From IMG/VR virus record IMGVR_UViG_3300036406_001149: a stretch of DNA of 64,000 nucleotides; one strand, 5' to 3'. The translations under genes and the position numbers were made by a program. This DNA comes from a virus. Positions 10,403 through 19,909 of this stretch are shown piece by piece; position 1 is the stretch's first letter, and every line of letters begins with the position of its first letter. Below the pieces are notes generated by a model. It saw only the letters and a list, made by a program, of their open reading frames with translations, did no database searches and was not told the DNA's origin.

Positions 10403-10963
10403 CTACAAGTATTTAAACCAGCAACTATTTTCTACCTTATCCGGTTTTCCAAAAAATTCATTTACGGCTTTCATTACTCCTGGCCAACCTTCTGTGTAAT
10501 CATGGCCGGAAATTATGCTATTTTTTTTCATTTTTGGATACCAACATTCTATATCTTTTTTTACTGATTCGTAGGAATGTCCTGCGTCTATGAATATAGA
10601 ATCGACCGAGAAGTTGTCAAATTCTTTGGCAGCTTCATGGCTTTTTGATATTATGTAGTTCAAGTTATCTTTTACTGGGGTCGTATTTTTAATAAATTGG
10701 TCTAGTATGTTCTTATCTTGTTTGTTGTAAACACTCGTCTCGGCAATATCTGATAGTTCCGAAGTTCCTTCAAACGTGTCTATCGTATAAAACTTTAGGT
10801 TTCTTTTTTGTTTTATAATTTCTGTTGCTATGAAGCATGTGCTTTTCCCTTTCCACGCCCCTAGTTCAACGAGAGTTCCACCATCCGGGCAATGGCTGAG
10901 TAATTCTAGATATTGTTTTTCCATGTTGAACCACCCATCAACTTTTTGATAAAAATGTTCCAT
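10403..10963 (-). CDS. Class I SAM methyltransferase (Methyltransf_24-like)
   Basis: ELGAWKGKST, IFIDAGHSYESVKKD, GHDY. Confidence 0.85.
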   Translation of the reverse strand: MEHFYQKVDGWFNMEKQYLELLSHCPDGGTLVELGAWKGKSTCFIATEIIKQKRNLKFYTIDTFEGTSELSDIAETSVYNKQDKNILDQFIKNTTPVKDNLNYIISKSHEAAKEFDNFSVDSIFIDAGHSYESVKKDIECWYPKMKKNSIISGHDYTEGWPGVMKAVNEFFGKPDKVENSCWFKYL

Positions 10964-11006
10964 TTTTTCCTTGCGTTATTTTAAAAGGTTTTTTTGTGAG
11001 ATCTTT

Positions 11007-11561
11007 TTATATTTCGTAAACCATTATAGTCTTTTTGAACCAACTTAAGCTACTTTTCTCTCTTAATTCTTTTTCTTTTTCTTTATTTCTTTTCCATCCT
11101 TTGTCTAAAAAAGTTTTTTCTATGTAGTCATTATCTCTTTCGTTTACATGACCTCTTCCTCCTTGCCCCACCACAGCCCAAGATAAAATTATCAGTCCTT
11201 TTGAGTGTTTTATTATATTATCTATAAATATAGATTCAAATTCTTTTGGGATATGTTCTCCGACCTCTAAAGAAACGACACAATCATATTTTTTATTTAA
11301 ATCGATTTCTTCCGCAAGGTTGATCTCTGAGCAGAGCCCTCCGGTAAGCTCTTTTGTGTTGGGGTTTCCGTCGTAACAATCGCATGAAAAACCTTCTTTT
11401 TTAAATTCTTTGGAATAGCTTCCGTTACCACAACCAAGGTCTATTATAGAATTTATTTTTTCCTCTCTTAAAAACTTAATCATCTCAGAATTAAGGTTTA
11501 TGTCGAAGTAATGGCCGTCTGAATTCATATCTAACCAAAATCCATTTTTGTGAATGTTCAA
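11007..11561 (-). CDS. Class I SAM methyltransferase
   Basis: DLGCGNG, SLEVGEHIP, GQGGRGHVNE. Confidence 0.85.
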   Translation of the reverse strand: MNIHKNGFWLDMNSDGHYFDINLNSEMIKFLREEKINSIIDLGCGNGSYSKEFKKEGFSCDCYDGNPNTKELTGGLCSEINLAEEIDLNKKYDCVVSLEVGEHIPKEFESIFIDNIIKHSKGLIILSWAVVGQGGRGHVNERDNDYIEKTFLDKGWKRNKEKEKELREKSSLSWFKKTIMVYEI

Positions 11562-11578
11562 TTGTCCCCCTTTTTATA

Positions 11579-11614
<36 letters not shown>

Positions 11615-11694
11615 TAACCTTGTTTTTAGTTTCGTCTAGAGATAGTATTTTCATGATAAAAGTTTTTCCGGAATATCTATAGTTAAATTAATCA

Positions 11695-12108
11695 TCATGA
11701 TCTCCATCTTCCTTCTGGGGGATCTCGACGACCCAATGTATGTTGAAATTCATTATAATCTATAATATAATCATTAGCATCATAATTTGTAGAACAAAGC
11801 ACTACTATTTCAGCATCAGGAGTTAAAAATTGTTGAGTATCCCATACCATTTCATTAATTAGTATTGTTTGATTTTTATACAGAGTGTGTTCGTCTTTAG
11901 TTAAGCCATTATCTAATAATACTTTAACAATACCGTTAGTACATACTATCAATTGTTTAGTTTTATAATGTGAATGTCCACCTCTAATATCATTTAAAGG
12001 CACATTGTTCACAATAAAAACTCTTTTAGGTATGAATGGTAGTGAGTCAAATTCTATTGGTAATAGAGAACCTCTACTATCTTCAAAACTATTTAGTTGA
12101 GTAATCAT
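11695..12108 (-). CDS. FdtA/QdtA-like dTDP-4-keto-6-deoxyhexose 3,4-isomerase (cupin)
   Basis: DSRGSL, KRVFIV, RGGHSH, STNYDANDY motifs; atypical C-terminal tail. Confidence 0.88.
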   Translation of the reverse strand: MITQLNSFEDSRGSLLPIEFDSLPFIPKRVFIVNNVPLNDIRGGHSHYKTKQLIVCTNGIVKVLLDNGLTKDEHTLYKNQTILINEMVWDTQQFLTPDAEIVVLCSTNYDANDYIIDYNEFQHTLGRRDPPEGRWRS

Positions 12109-13022
12109 AAATATTTTTTAACAATTTCTAGTATAGTTTTAATATCTTTTAAAGTCAATACTTCATGGAAAGGTATTGACACTGTTTGTAATGCGTTTAA
12201 CTCACTTAAAGGACAGTTAGCGTTATCAATTTTATATACACCATTTAAATGTGCTGCATTATAATGAATACCAGTTATGATATTATTATTCTTCATTTCA
12301 TTTATAAAACCATTTCTATCAGAAATATTAACTCTATATAAATGATTACTAGTATTTGAGTAATTTAATTCATTATTATAAATGTCTTTAACAATACGTA
12401 ACTTATCTAATTTATCTTCATATAAATCAAAGTTTTGTGATGCAATATCACATTGAATACTGTTCATGTACATTTTATAACCAGCAAATTTAATTTTACG
12501 TTCCCAGTTATTATCAGCATATGACATACCATTTAATGCCATTTCTCTTAGATGGGTAATTTTTTCCAAATCATCAGAAACTATCATACCACCATCAGAA
12601 CTTCCTACTGGTTTTGTAGGATAAAAACTAAATACCATTAAGTCATTTGGATTGCATTCGTTTTTAAACTGATTCTTTTCCAATTTTTGTGCTGAGTCAA
12701 CTATTTTATAATCATCAAAACTATGTAATACATATGAATCACCAACCCAATTAATATCATCAGTAAAATTATGTTTATTACCAGATGTAATAATAGCATT
12801 TAATACTACTGGTGGTATCATCGATGGTACTGTTATTGTAGTATTTTTATCTAATAGGGCTAAGAATAAAGCACTAGTAGCACTATTAAATGTTACAGCG
12901 TATTTAGCACCCACATAATTAGCAATAGCTTCTTCGAATTTAGTTACAACATTATCGTGTAGCAAATTACTATATTTACTAGTATTAATTATATGGTTAT
13001 TTATGTTAAATAATTGTATCAT
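12105..13022 (-). CDS. DegT/DnrJ-family sugar aminotransferase (short form)
   Basis: FNSATSAL, DSAQ, SFYPTKPVGSSDGG (PLP Lys). Confidence 0.88.
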   Translation of the reverse strand: MIQLFNINNHIINTSKYSNLLHDNVVTKFEEAIANYVGAKYAVTFNSATSALFLALLDKNTTITVPSMIPPVVLNAIITSGNKHNFTDDINWVGDSYVLHSFDDYKIVDSAQKLEKNQFKNECNPNDLMVFSFYPTKPVGSSDGGMIVSDDLEKITHLREMALNGMSYADNNWERKIKFAGYKMYMNSIQCDIASQNFDLYEDKLDKLRIVKDIYNNELNYSNTSNHLYRVNISDRNGFINEMKNNNIITGIHYNAAHLNGVYKIDNANCPLSELNALQTVSIPFHEVLTLKDIKTILEIVKKYL

Positions 13023-13612
13023 TTTTTCCTAATTAATACTTGATATGTTTTTTTAATTAATTCATAATGGGTTTCATATTCATTTAAAAATTTATCAATA
13101 CCAAACCTAGTTGCTTCTTCATTGTACATCTCACCCCATGAATAATCATCAAACACAATAATGCCATTTTTTTTACATAATCTAAAAGAATTAACAGCAT
13201 CAATATAAACAGCTGATGCTCTATGGTCACCGTCAATATATATTAAATCAAATTGGGATTCGTATTTTTCAATTAATTCAGGAAATATATTTGAACTAAT
13301 ATTTCTATATAATTCTAATTTATTATTTTTAATATAATGATTTGTATTATTTATGAATCTGTCATATTGATTATTAAAATATTTATAAATAGTATCATTA
13401 TTAACAACATCAGTATCATTTAATTCGGTGTTTAAGTAATTATCAGTTAGTGGGTCAACACAAATTAATTTACCATTTTCATTTAATATGTTATCAATTA
13501 TATAATTTGATGTTAATCCTTCAAAACAACCAATTTCTAAACATAGTGATAGATTATTAATACCATGAGTATTATTTTTAAATTCTTGATTCCAATTGTG
13601 AGTATATTCCAT
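13019..13612 (-). CDS. Class I SAM methyltransferase (Methyltransf_24-like)
   Basis: EIGCFEG, YIDGDH, IVFDDY. Confidence 0.85.
   Translation of the reverse strand: MEYTHNWNQEFKNNTHGINNLSLCLEIGCFEGLTSNYIIDNILNENGKLICVDPLTDNYLNTELNDTDVVNNDTIYKYFNNQYDRFINNTNHYIKNNKLELYRNISSNIFPELIEKYESQFDLIYIDGDHRASAVYIDAVNSFRLCKKNGIIVFDDYSWGEMYNEEATRFGIDKFLNEYETHYELIKKTYQVLIRKK
13309..13369. repeat. 61-bp exact direct repeat copy A (partner 16350-16410)
   Basis: Base-by-base identity; this copy is coding (QYDRFINNTNHYIKNNKLEL). Confidence 0.95.
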
Positions 13613-13618
13613 AATTTT

Positions 13619-14092
13619 TTATTTTTTTAATTTAAATTTAGCCATTGTACCAACTTTTTCTAATAAGTCTAAGAAACTTAAGACTTCTTGATATTCCGCT
13701 CTATCAAAATCATGGATAAAAATAATAGTATCATCGTGTGATATTGATTTAGTTATTGAAGCACAAGAAACTCTAGCTCTACCATCAATTAAAATAATAT
13801 CAAAAGGACCTTTACCTATTGGCGCTTCTATGTAAGATTTAAATTCATCGTATGTACCACAATGACCACCTTCCATATACGGTAAATCAGGTGTTTTTAA
13901 TATTATTTCACAGTTATTTTGTAATTCATTTTTTAATTTATGATACCACTCTTCTTGATGTTCAATCGATGTGATGAATTTACATCGTTTAGCGATTTCT
14001 TTTGTTGAAATCCCTGAACCATATTCCAATACCAACGAATTGTTATTTATATGATTCATAAAAAAATCTTCTTCTAGTTTATCTGTAAGCAT
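13619..14092 (-). CDS. Small class I SAM methyltransferase
   Basis: LEYGSG.ST, SIEH, ILIDGRAR, FIHD. Confidence 0.8.
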   Translation of the reverse strand: MLTDKLEEDFFMNHINNNSLVLEYGSGISTKEIAKRCKFITSIEHQEEWYHKLKNELQNNCEIILKTPDLPYMEGGHCGTYDEFKSYIEAPIGKGPFDIILIDGRARVSCASITKSISHDDTIIFIHDFDRAEYQEVLSFLDLLEKVGTMAKFKLKK

Positions 14093-14849
14093 TTTGCATC
14101 AATTCTATGTAGCAGATCCATGTGTAATCGAGTCTTTCTTCATAAAATAATTCATATTCATTAGCCTGATCACTAGATAATAATGGGTTTGGGGTTTCAT
14201 ATTTTGATAGCCAATCACAACCCCATCTAGTTTTGACATCAGAGAATATTGGAGGCATTTCTTGATATATTTCTATGGATGATTGAAGAGTTTCAAAATC
14301 AGATAATGATGGCTGAAACCAAGATTTATCTCCCCCTCTATCTATCACATATTCTTTTTGAGATAATATTTTTTTAGGACTATAGCAATCTCCTTGGTCA
14401 TATGGATAGTTGTCTTCAAACATAATATGTATAAATTTTTGGTTTACACAATGTTGTATTCTGTTTATGCAAGACTGGTGATCATCAAAAAAGACTAAAG
14501 CTTCGGAAGTATCTAAAGATTTTGCCCAATCTATAGCAGTGAAATCATTAGTTATATATTGTGCTTTTGGAATAGTTATCTCACGATACTGGTGCATTGG
14601 ATCTATGCTTATGATGTAAGATTCTGGACTAGCTTTCTCAAAAAACCAAGTCCCCTGACCTTTCCATATTCCGCTTTCTATAATATATTTTGGTTTTAAT
14701 TTTTTAATAACATACCAAGCATTAAACATATGTGCGGATTTCATTCCGCCAGTATTATCTTTAATTGGCCTATTATTATAATGATCAAGAAATTCTTCTA
14801 GATAAAGAATCTGGTCTTTTGGATCCCATTTATTGTTATTTTTTATCAT
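14079..14849 (-). CDS. Methyltransferase-like protein
   Basis: IIESGIWKGQGTW motif-I-like segment, FFDDHQ, FEDNY. Confidence 0.55.
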   Translation of the reverse strand: MIKNNNKWDPKDQILYLEEFLDHYNNRPIKDNTGGMKSAHMFNAWYVIKKLKPKYIIESGIWKGQGTWFFEKASPESYIISIDPMHQYREITIPKAQYITNDFTAIDWAKSLDTSEALVFFDDHQSCINRIQHCVNQKFIHIMFEDNYPYDQGDCYSPKKILSQKEYVIDRGGDKSWFQPSLSDFETLQSSIEIYQEMPPIFSDVKTRWGCDWLSKYETPNPLLSSDQANEYELFYEERLDYTWICYIELMQNAYR

Positions 14850-15456
14850 GTATTAATAGTAGGTTTGTGTTAAATTTATAAATCATATAATCATTAGCTT
14901 TGCATGTATCTATAAATTTAGTTGTATTATGATAGTATCTACACGTTTCTAATTTATCATATGCAAGATATGTATCATAGTAACTCGGCGTATCAGTAAG
15001 CGTCATCCTACTTATAATAAATATTTTTGGATGCAATCCAAGTATAAAATTTAATGCCTCATCTCCATTATCCATAACATCAAATAGTGCGCTAGAATGT
15101 AAAGCGTCATAATCTGAAATAAAAGCATTGTTTAGATCCCAAACATTTTTGACAAAAAAATTATCTTGTTTCCACTGGTTACGAGCTATATTAATTGCCT
15201 CTATTGAATAATCTATTCCAGTATAATTGATATGTTTTAAATTTTGTTGTAATAGACCATAGTAAGCCCCGCATCCACATCCTATGTCTAATATACTATT
15301 AATAGTAATTTTATCTAATACAACTAAAAAATCTTTCCAATGTTGTGGATAATTTTCTTTAGAACTAAGTTCTTTTAGATTTAGTTCTATTTGTTTGGGG
15401 AAAATATTTTTACTATTTTTCCAAGACTCGTTTAAATTTGTTGTTTTTATATTCAT
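14836..15456 (-). CDS. Class I SAM methyltransferase
   Basis: LDIGCGCG, YTGIDYS. Confidence 0.85.
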   Translation of the reverse strand: MNIKTTNLNESWKNSKNIFPKQIELNLKELSSKENYPQHWKDFLVVLDKITINSILDIGCGCGAYYGLLQQNLKHINYTGIDYSIEAINIARNQWKQDNFFVKNVWDLNNAFISDYDALHSSALFDVMDNGDEALNFILGLHPKIFIISRMTLTDTPSYYDTYLAYDKLETCRYYHNTTKFIDTCKANDYMIYKFNTNLLLIHDKK

Positions 15457-16340
15457 AATTTCTGTAATTGTTTATTAAATTTATCAATTAACTCATTCAT
15501 ATTCTTAGTAATAGCTTCTGGATGACCAAATGTAAATTTTTCAGTATAACATTCACCTCTAACATGTGGTTTAAATTCATGCACACCAATATATTTACTT
15601 TCAATAGCTTTTTTATCTTCATCTGAACCAGTTACCCATGGGCGATATATTTCAGTAAAATAATTATCAATACAATTATCTCTACTAACGCTATCTTTAT
15701 AGTAATTTACTTTTGTAAATACTTGTGTTGGGAATACATACGAATAATGGTACATTTGGATACCAGTTGCATTATATAATGTTTCACTATCAATATGCTT
15801 ATATGTTATGTTTGCATCTTGTGGATAGTTAATGGTAGGTGGTCTATGAGTTAACCATGTTGCTCCTTTAGTATATTTAAATACACGCAAAAAATTATCA
15901 CGATTTAATTCAAAGCCAGTTAAATAGTTATCAAACCCTCCGTAAAATGAACAACTTCTAATACCAACACTAGTTGGGTTTTCTTGTTTTAGAAATTCAA
16001 TCATTTTAATTAAATCCTCAGTCTTATAAACTTCATCAGAATCTAAATTCCAGATATAATCAATATCACCATTGATATGCTGCATATAGGCGCTACACTG
16101 ATCATCTTTTTCAGAATATCGACCATGCACAATTTTAATTTTATTATCTGGGTCTGGGAACTCATCTAATATTTTATTAGTATCATCGGTTGATGTAGTT
16201 CTACCTTGTCTTTGCCAATAACTTACTGGCCCTTCCTCTATTAATATTTGAGATGCAAATGGGTATACTTGTTCTAAACATTCCTTTAAAACATAATCCC
16301 CTTCAAATACAATCATTCCAAATGCTATTTTTAAATTCAT
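15453..16340 (-). CDS. GT2-like glycosyltransferase
   Basis: WNLDSDE (DxD), MYHYSYV. Confidence 0.7.
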   Translation of the reverse strand: MNLKIAFGMIVFEGDYVLKECLEQVYPFASQILIEEGPVSYWQRQGRTTSTDDTNKILDEFPDPDNKIKIVHGRYSEKDDQCSAYMQHINGDIDYIWNLDSDEVYKTEDLIKMIEFLKQENPTSVGIRSCSFYGGFDNYLTGFELNRDNFLRVFKYTKGATWLTHRPPTINYPQDANITYKHIDSETLYNATGIQMYHYSYVFPTQVFTKVNYYKDSVSRDNCIDNYFTEIYRPWVTGSDEDKKAIESKYIGVHEFKPHVRGECYTEKFTFGHPEAITKNMNELIDKFNKQLQKL

Positions 16341-16349
16341 TTATTCTTA

Positions 16350-16410
16350 ATAATTCTAATTTATTATTTTTAATATAATGATTTGTATTATTTATGAATC
16401 TGTCATATTG
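16350..16410. repeat. 61-bp exact direct repeat copy B (intergenic)
   Basis: Identical to 13309-13369; fills the gap between neuA and the next gene. Confidence 0.95.
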
Positions 16411-16420
16411 CCTACAATTT

Positions 16421-17062
16421 TTATGATAAAAGTTTCTCTATGATCAGAAGATCATCAAATGAATCAACTTGAAAACTTTTGCTATAAGCCATTTCAACCA
16501 TACCAATCCTACCGGAATATCTATTCTTATTCTTGAGTAAAAGTTCTCTACTGGTAATGTAAAAGGCTCCATTTTCAACATATTTTTTTGGTATATCTTG
16601 TCTCATCGGTCTATTGCTAATATTCCAATTGTCTGGAGTGCCATCTTTATTCCATCGTGGTATCCAATGCTCCTCATATACACTAAAAACAGAATCATAT
16701 TCTCCCGATAATACCATTTTTAATCCTTGGTTTATATATTTTGACTTAATTAATGGAGATGTTGGCTGAATAAAAACCAAGATGTCAAAATCTTGAAGAC
16801 TAGCAAAGTGCAACAATGCTTCTTCGCTTTTGGATTTGTCTCCTGAAATATTTTCTGGTCGTTTAACTACATTAGATCCTAATTGCATGGCAACGCTAGC
16901 AATTTTATCGCAATTAGTGCTAACCCATACATCATTGGCTTTGGATGCTTTGGCTGCGTCTATTGTATACTGGATTAAAGGCTTGCCATTAATATCAATG
17001 ATATTTTTACCTGGTATGCCTTTGCTTCCTCCTCTAGCTAATATAAGTGTTTTTATATTCAT
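16421..17062 (-). CDS. neuA: CMP-nonulosonate (acylneuraminate) cytidylyltransferase
   Basis: ILARGGSKGIPGKNI, QPTSP, RPMRQD, ENGAFY. Confidence 0.93.
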   Translation of the reverse strand: MNIKTLILARGGSKGIPGKNIIDINGKPLIQYTIDAAKASKANDVWVSTNCDKIASVAMQLGSNVVKRPENISGDKSKSEEALLHFASLQDFDILVFIQPTSPLIKSKYINQGLKMVLSGEYDSVFSVYEEHWIPRWNKDGTPDNWNISNRPMRQDIPKKYVENGAFYITSRELLLKNKNRYSGRIGMVEMAYSKSFQVDSFDDLLIIEKLLS

Positions 17063-17119
17063 AATGTTTTATTTTATTTCTTTTACTCCCCAAATGTGTA
17101 GTACTTTTTTCATTTATTT

Positions 17120-18154
17120 TTAAGCCACTTTATATTTTTTAAATATACTTGTATAACCAGATAAAGACTGCTTGCTTAAAATCTGGCATGTTTTTATTAT
17201 GTTTTCACGCACGCTTTCGTTATTTTCTAAATAGTATTTAGTTAAATTATAAATTTCGTTAATTTGTTCATCTAATAATGGAAATGTAAAAACGACAGGG
17301 TTTTTATACTCTAGCATTTTTTGGATGTGCATAGTTTTATCACTATTACTTTCAAAAAATATACAAGGAGTTCCATTGAGAGATGCCATTATTGATGGAT
17401 GAAATCGTCCAGAAATATAAACCTGAGCCATTTGTAGTTCTTTCATTCCCTGGTCTATATCACATTCTTTCGGTATTAATTCAAAGCCATGATCTTTAGC
17501 CAATTGTTCCATCCAATAATCTCCACCGCAGTTTTGCACTAATTTTACTTTTGCTAGTCCAGAAATCTTATCTATTAATTTTAAATATGATAATTTTTTA
17601 TTTTCTATTTGATCATGATTAGGAGGAGATGATCCCCCGCCCAGCAAAATATAATCTCCTGTTTTTATTCTGTGAGATTGCCAAGTAAACAACGCATCCG
17701 GGATATATGAATAGTCTAATTTGCTATCAATTAAATAACCCGAAATCGGATCTCTAATCACCAATTCACAACACTTAGACCAAGCTTTAAGTGCCCTATT
17801 ATACGTTTCGTTATCAAAAGGAGTCTTTGGGCATTTTGAAATCATTGCATTGACATATAAACATTTTTTGTTTATTTTGCCACAATATTCAATAACCATT
17901 AGATGTTTATCAAAATCATTCCTAATAGGAGATGTAAATATTGGACTTCCTTCTCCATTAATTATTACTATGTCACATTCTTTTATATTTTTTTCTATTT
18001 TTGTAAAATCAGTTTTTATCAGTTCATTATTGCCAATCTTTAAAATTTTATCGGGTTTTAAAGCAGATTGTATTATTTGTAACAATGCTTTTGGAGTGGA
18101 TCGACACCCCCAATTAAGCTGGTCTTCATTATACCCTATATATAAAATTTTCAT
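17120..18154 (-). CDS. Polysaccharide pyruvyl transferase family protein
   Basis: NWGCR, NGEGS, RDPIS, PDA, SGRFHPSIMA. Confidence 0.8.
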   Translation of the reverse strand: MKILYIGYNEDQLNWGCRSTPKALLQIIQSALKPDKILKIGNNELIKTDFTKIEKNIKECDIVIINGEGSPIFTSPIRNDFDKHLMVIEYCGKINKKCLYVNAMISKCPKTPFDNETYNRALKAWSKCCELVIRDPISGYLIDSKLDYSYIPDALFTWQSHRIKTGDYILLGGGSSPPNHDQIENKKLSYLKLIDKISGLAKVKLVQNCGGDYWMEQLAKDHGFELIPKECDIDQGMKELQMAQVYISGRFHPSIMASLNGTPCIFFESNSDKTMHIQKMLEYKNPVVFTFPLLDEQINEIYNLTKYYLENNESVRENIIKTCQILSKQSLSGYTSIFKKYKVA

Positions 18155-18173
18155 TTTCTTAAACTACCCCTCT

Positions 18174-18890
18174 TTATACTGTGTTTTTGAAAAATTTTAA
18201 ACCTGTTATTAAACTATTTGGTGTGCCGTTATATACCGATACGCCTCTTTTTTCACACAATTCGCCATACTCACGGTATGAATTATTCATTTGATTCAGT
18301 ATTATTTTTTCTCTTTCAAGATCTGAATCGTTACAAACGCCTCCACGGCCCGTAAACCAAAACCACTCATTATACCCCATCCTAGACAAAACACTCTGAG
18401 ATTCATCATAAAAATGTTTTGTTTCACCAACATGGTTTACCCAACTATGATCTATTCCCATAAGAAGTACTTGGTCAATGCTCTCTTGTTTAGCAACATA
18501 ATAACCCATTTGCAAACCAATCTGAGCTATAGTTTCATAATGTCCCATGCGGTTTGGTATAGTTTCTGGGAATTGTCCATCATTATCCCAATAAATAACT
18601 TCATTATTTACAAATAAATTGTTATTTGTAACAATATGCTTATCCTTGATATGAATTAATACTTTTGTTTTTTTGTTTAAACAAGTTTCACACTCTTTAA
18701 ACCACGCAACTCCCATTTCATAAGTAATAGGATGGTGCAAATGTCCAAAAATATGATACTTTACATTCATATTCTGAAATTCTGGGTGAACAAAAAAATT
18801 ACTAATTGTAACACAAGGATTATCTTTTATTTTTTTTAAATCTTGGTCCTTAATAGATGGGCCGCAAGCAAATACATAGCAAGTTTTCAT
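18174..18890 (-). CDS. DUF115/MptE-like (Maf-type) domain protein
   Basis: VFACGPSI, LMGIDH, VYNGTPNS pattern. Confidence 0.65.
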   Translation of the reverse strand: MKTCYVFACGPSIKDQDLKKIKDNPCVTISNFFVHPEFQNMNVKYHIFGHLHHPITYEMGVAWFKECETCLNKKTKVLIHIKDKHIVTNNNLFVNNEVIYWDNDGQFPETIPNRMGHYETIAQIGLQMGYYVAKQESIDQVLLMGIDHSWVNHVGETKHFYDESQSVLSRMGYNEWFWFTGRGGVCNDSDLEREKIILNQMNNSYREYGELCEKRGVSVYNGTPNSLITGLKFFKNTV

Positions 18891-19747
18891 ATATAATATT
18901 TTTTATAAGTTTTTATTGTTTCATTATAATAATCATCATATATTGTTTTTAATGGCAATATTTCATTATACATACTCAATGATGTATACTCTTGATGCAT
19001 TCTTGATGGTATATAATTGTTAGTATTATACACAAATTGTGAGAAATGACTAAAATAAAGTTTTTGCTTAATACCGTTCCAAATAATATTACCCTCATCA
19101 AAATTTGAGAAATCATATAATTGCCACAACCACGGCGCACCATGACCAATTGTAGACTCATCAAAAAATAAATCATCTGGACACATCGATGAAAATGCGT
19201 CTAAATACTTTTGGTCACCACACGTTGCTAATTGTGGGTATTTTTTGTATAGAACAGCATCAGCCCACCAGTTTAAAATGTGTTTACCAACTACATCGTT
19301 ATTAAAATAACATACACCAACATTATAAGCACCTTCTGCTCTTTCGGTAGTAAATTGTCTATGTTTAAAAATACCAATAGATTTAGGTTCCATTAAGTTG
19401 TATAATTCATTAATACTTTGATGGAAATAGATATCACTATCAATATAAATTAATGGGACATTTAATTTCAACATTAAATGTTGTGTAAAATATGAAGCCA
19501 ATGAAAAACAAAAATATCTATATTCAGATTTTTTAACATTCATCAATACTTCATCATCATTAAATAAATCATTAACATTATAAGCTTTTAAATTATCACA
19601 TTCATATGTAATTAATTTATTATATGATTCATCATCAATACATAGATAATGCAAAACAAATTCACTACTATTTTTAAGTAATGAGTCATATAAAGTTATT
19701 CCTTTGACTAAATAGTTATAGTCAGATACAGTAGTTAAATTAATCAT
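18887..19747 (-). CDS. GT8-like nucleotide-diphospho-sugar transferase
   Basis: YIDSDIYF, YNVG, GDQKYLD, APW, FSHFS. Confidence 0.75.
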   Translation of the reverse strand: MINLTTVSDYNYLVKGITLYDSLLKNSSEFVLHYLCIDDESYNKLITYECDNLKAYNVNDLFNDDEVLMNVKKSEYRYFCFSLASYFTQHLMLKLNVPLIYIDSDIYFHQSINELYNLMEPKSIGIFKHRQFTTERAEGAYNVGVCYFNNDVVGKHILNWWADAVLYKKYPQLATCGDQKYLDAFSSMCPDDLFFDESTIGHGAPWLWQLYDFSNFDEGNIIWNGIKQKLYFSHFSQFVYNTNNYIPSRMHQEYTSLSMYNEILPLKTIYDDYYNETIKTYKKYYI

Positions 19748-19806
19748 GTTGCTCTTCTATATTCCTTATTCCTTATTGGACTACAGATGATTAAATTTTT
19801 TTAATC

Positions 19807-19909
19807 TTATTTTTAATTTCGTTTAGTGATAATATTTTCATGATAAAAGCTTTTTTATAATTTCGAAGACTTTGTGGGGATCCTCTTCTGAAAACTCTTT
19901 TATATTAGC
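19807..19909. repeat. Direct repeat copy B (partner 9489-9591)
   Basis: Covers the 3' end of the 19838-20785 gene and the MKILSLNEIKNK stub. Confidence 0.95.
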
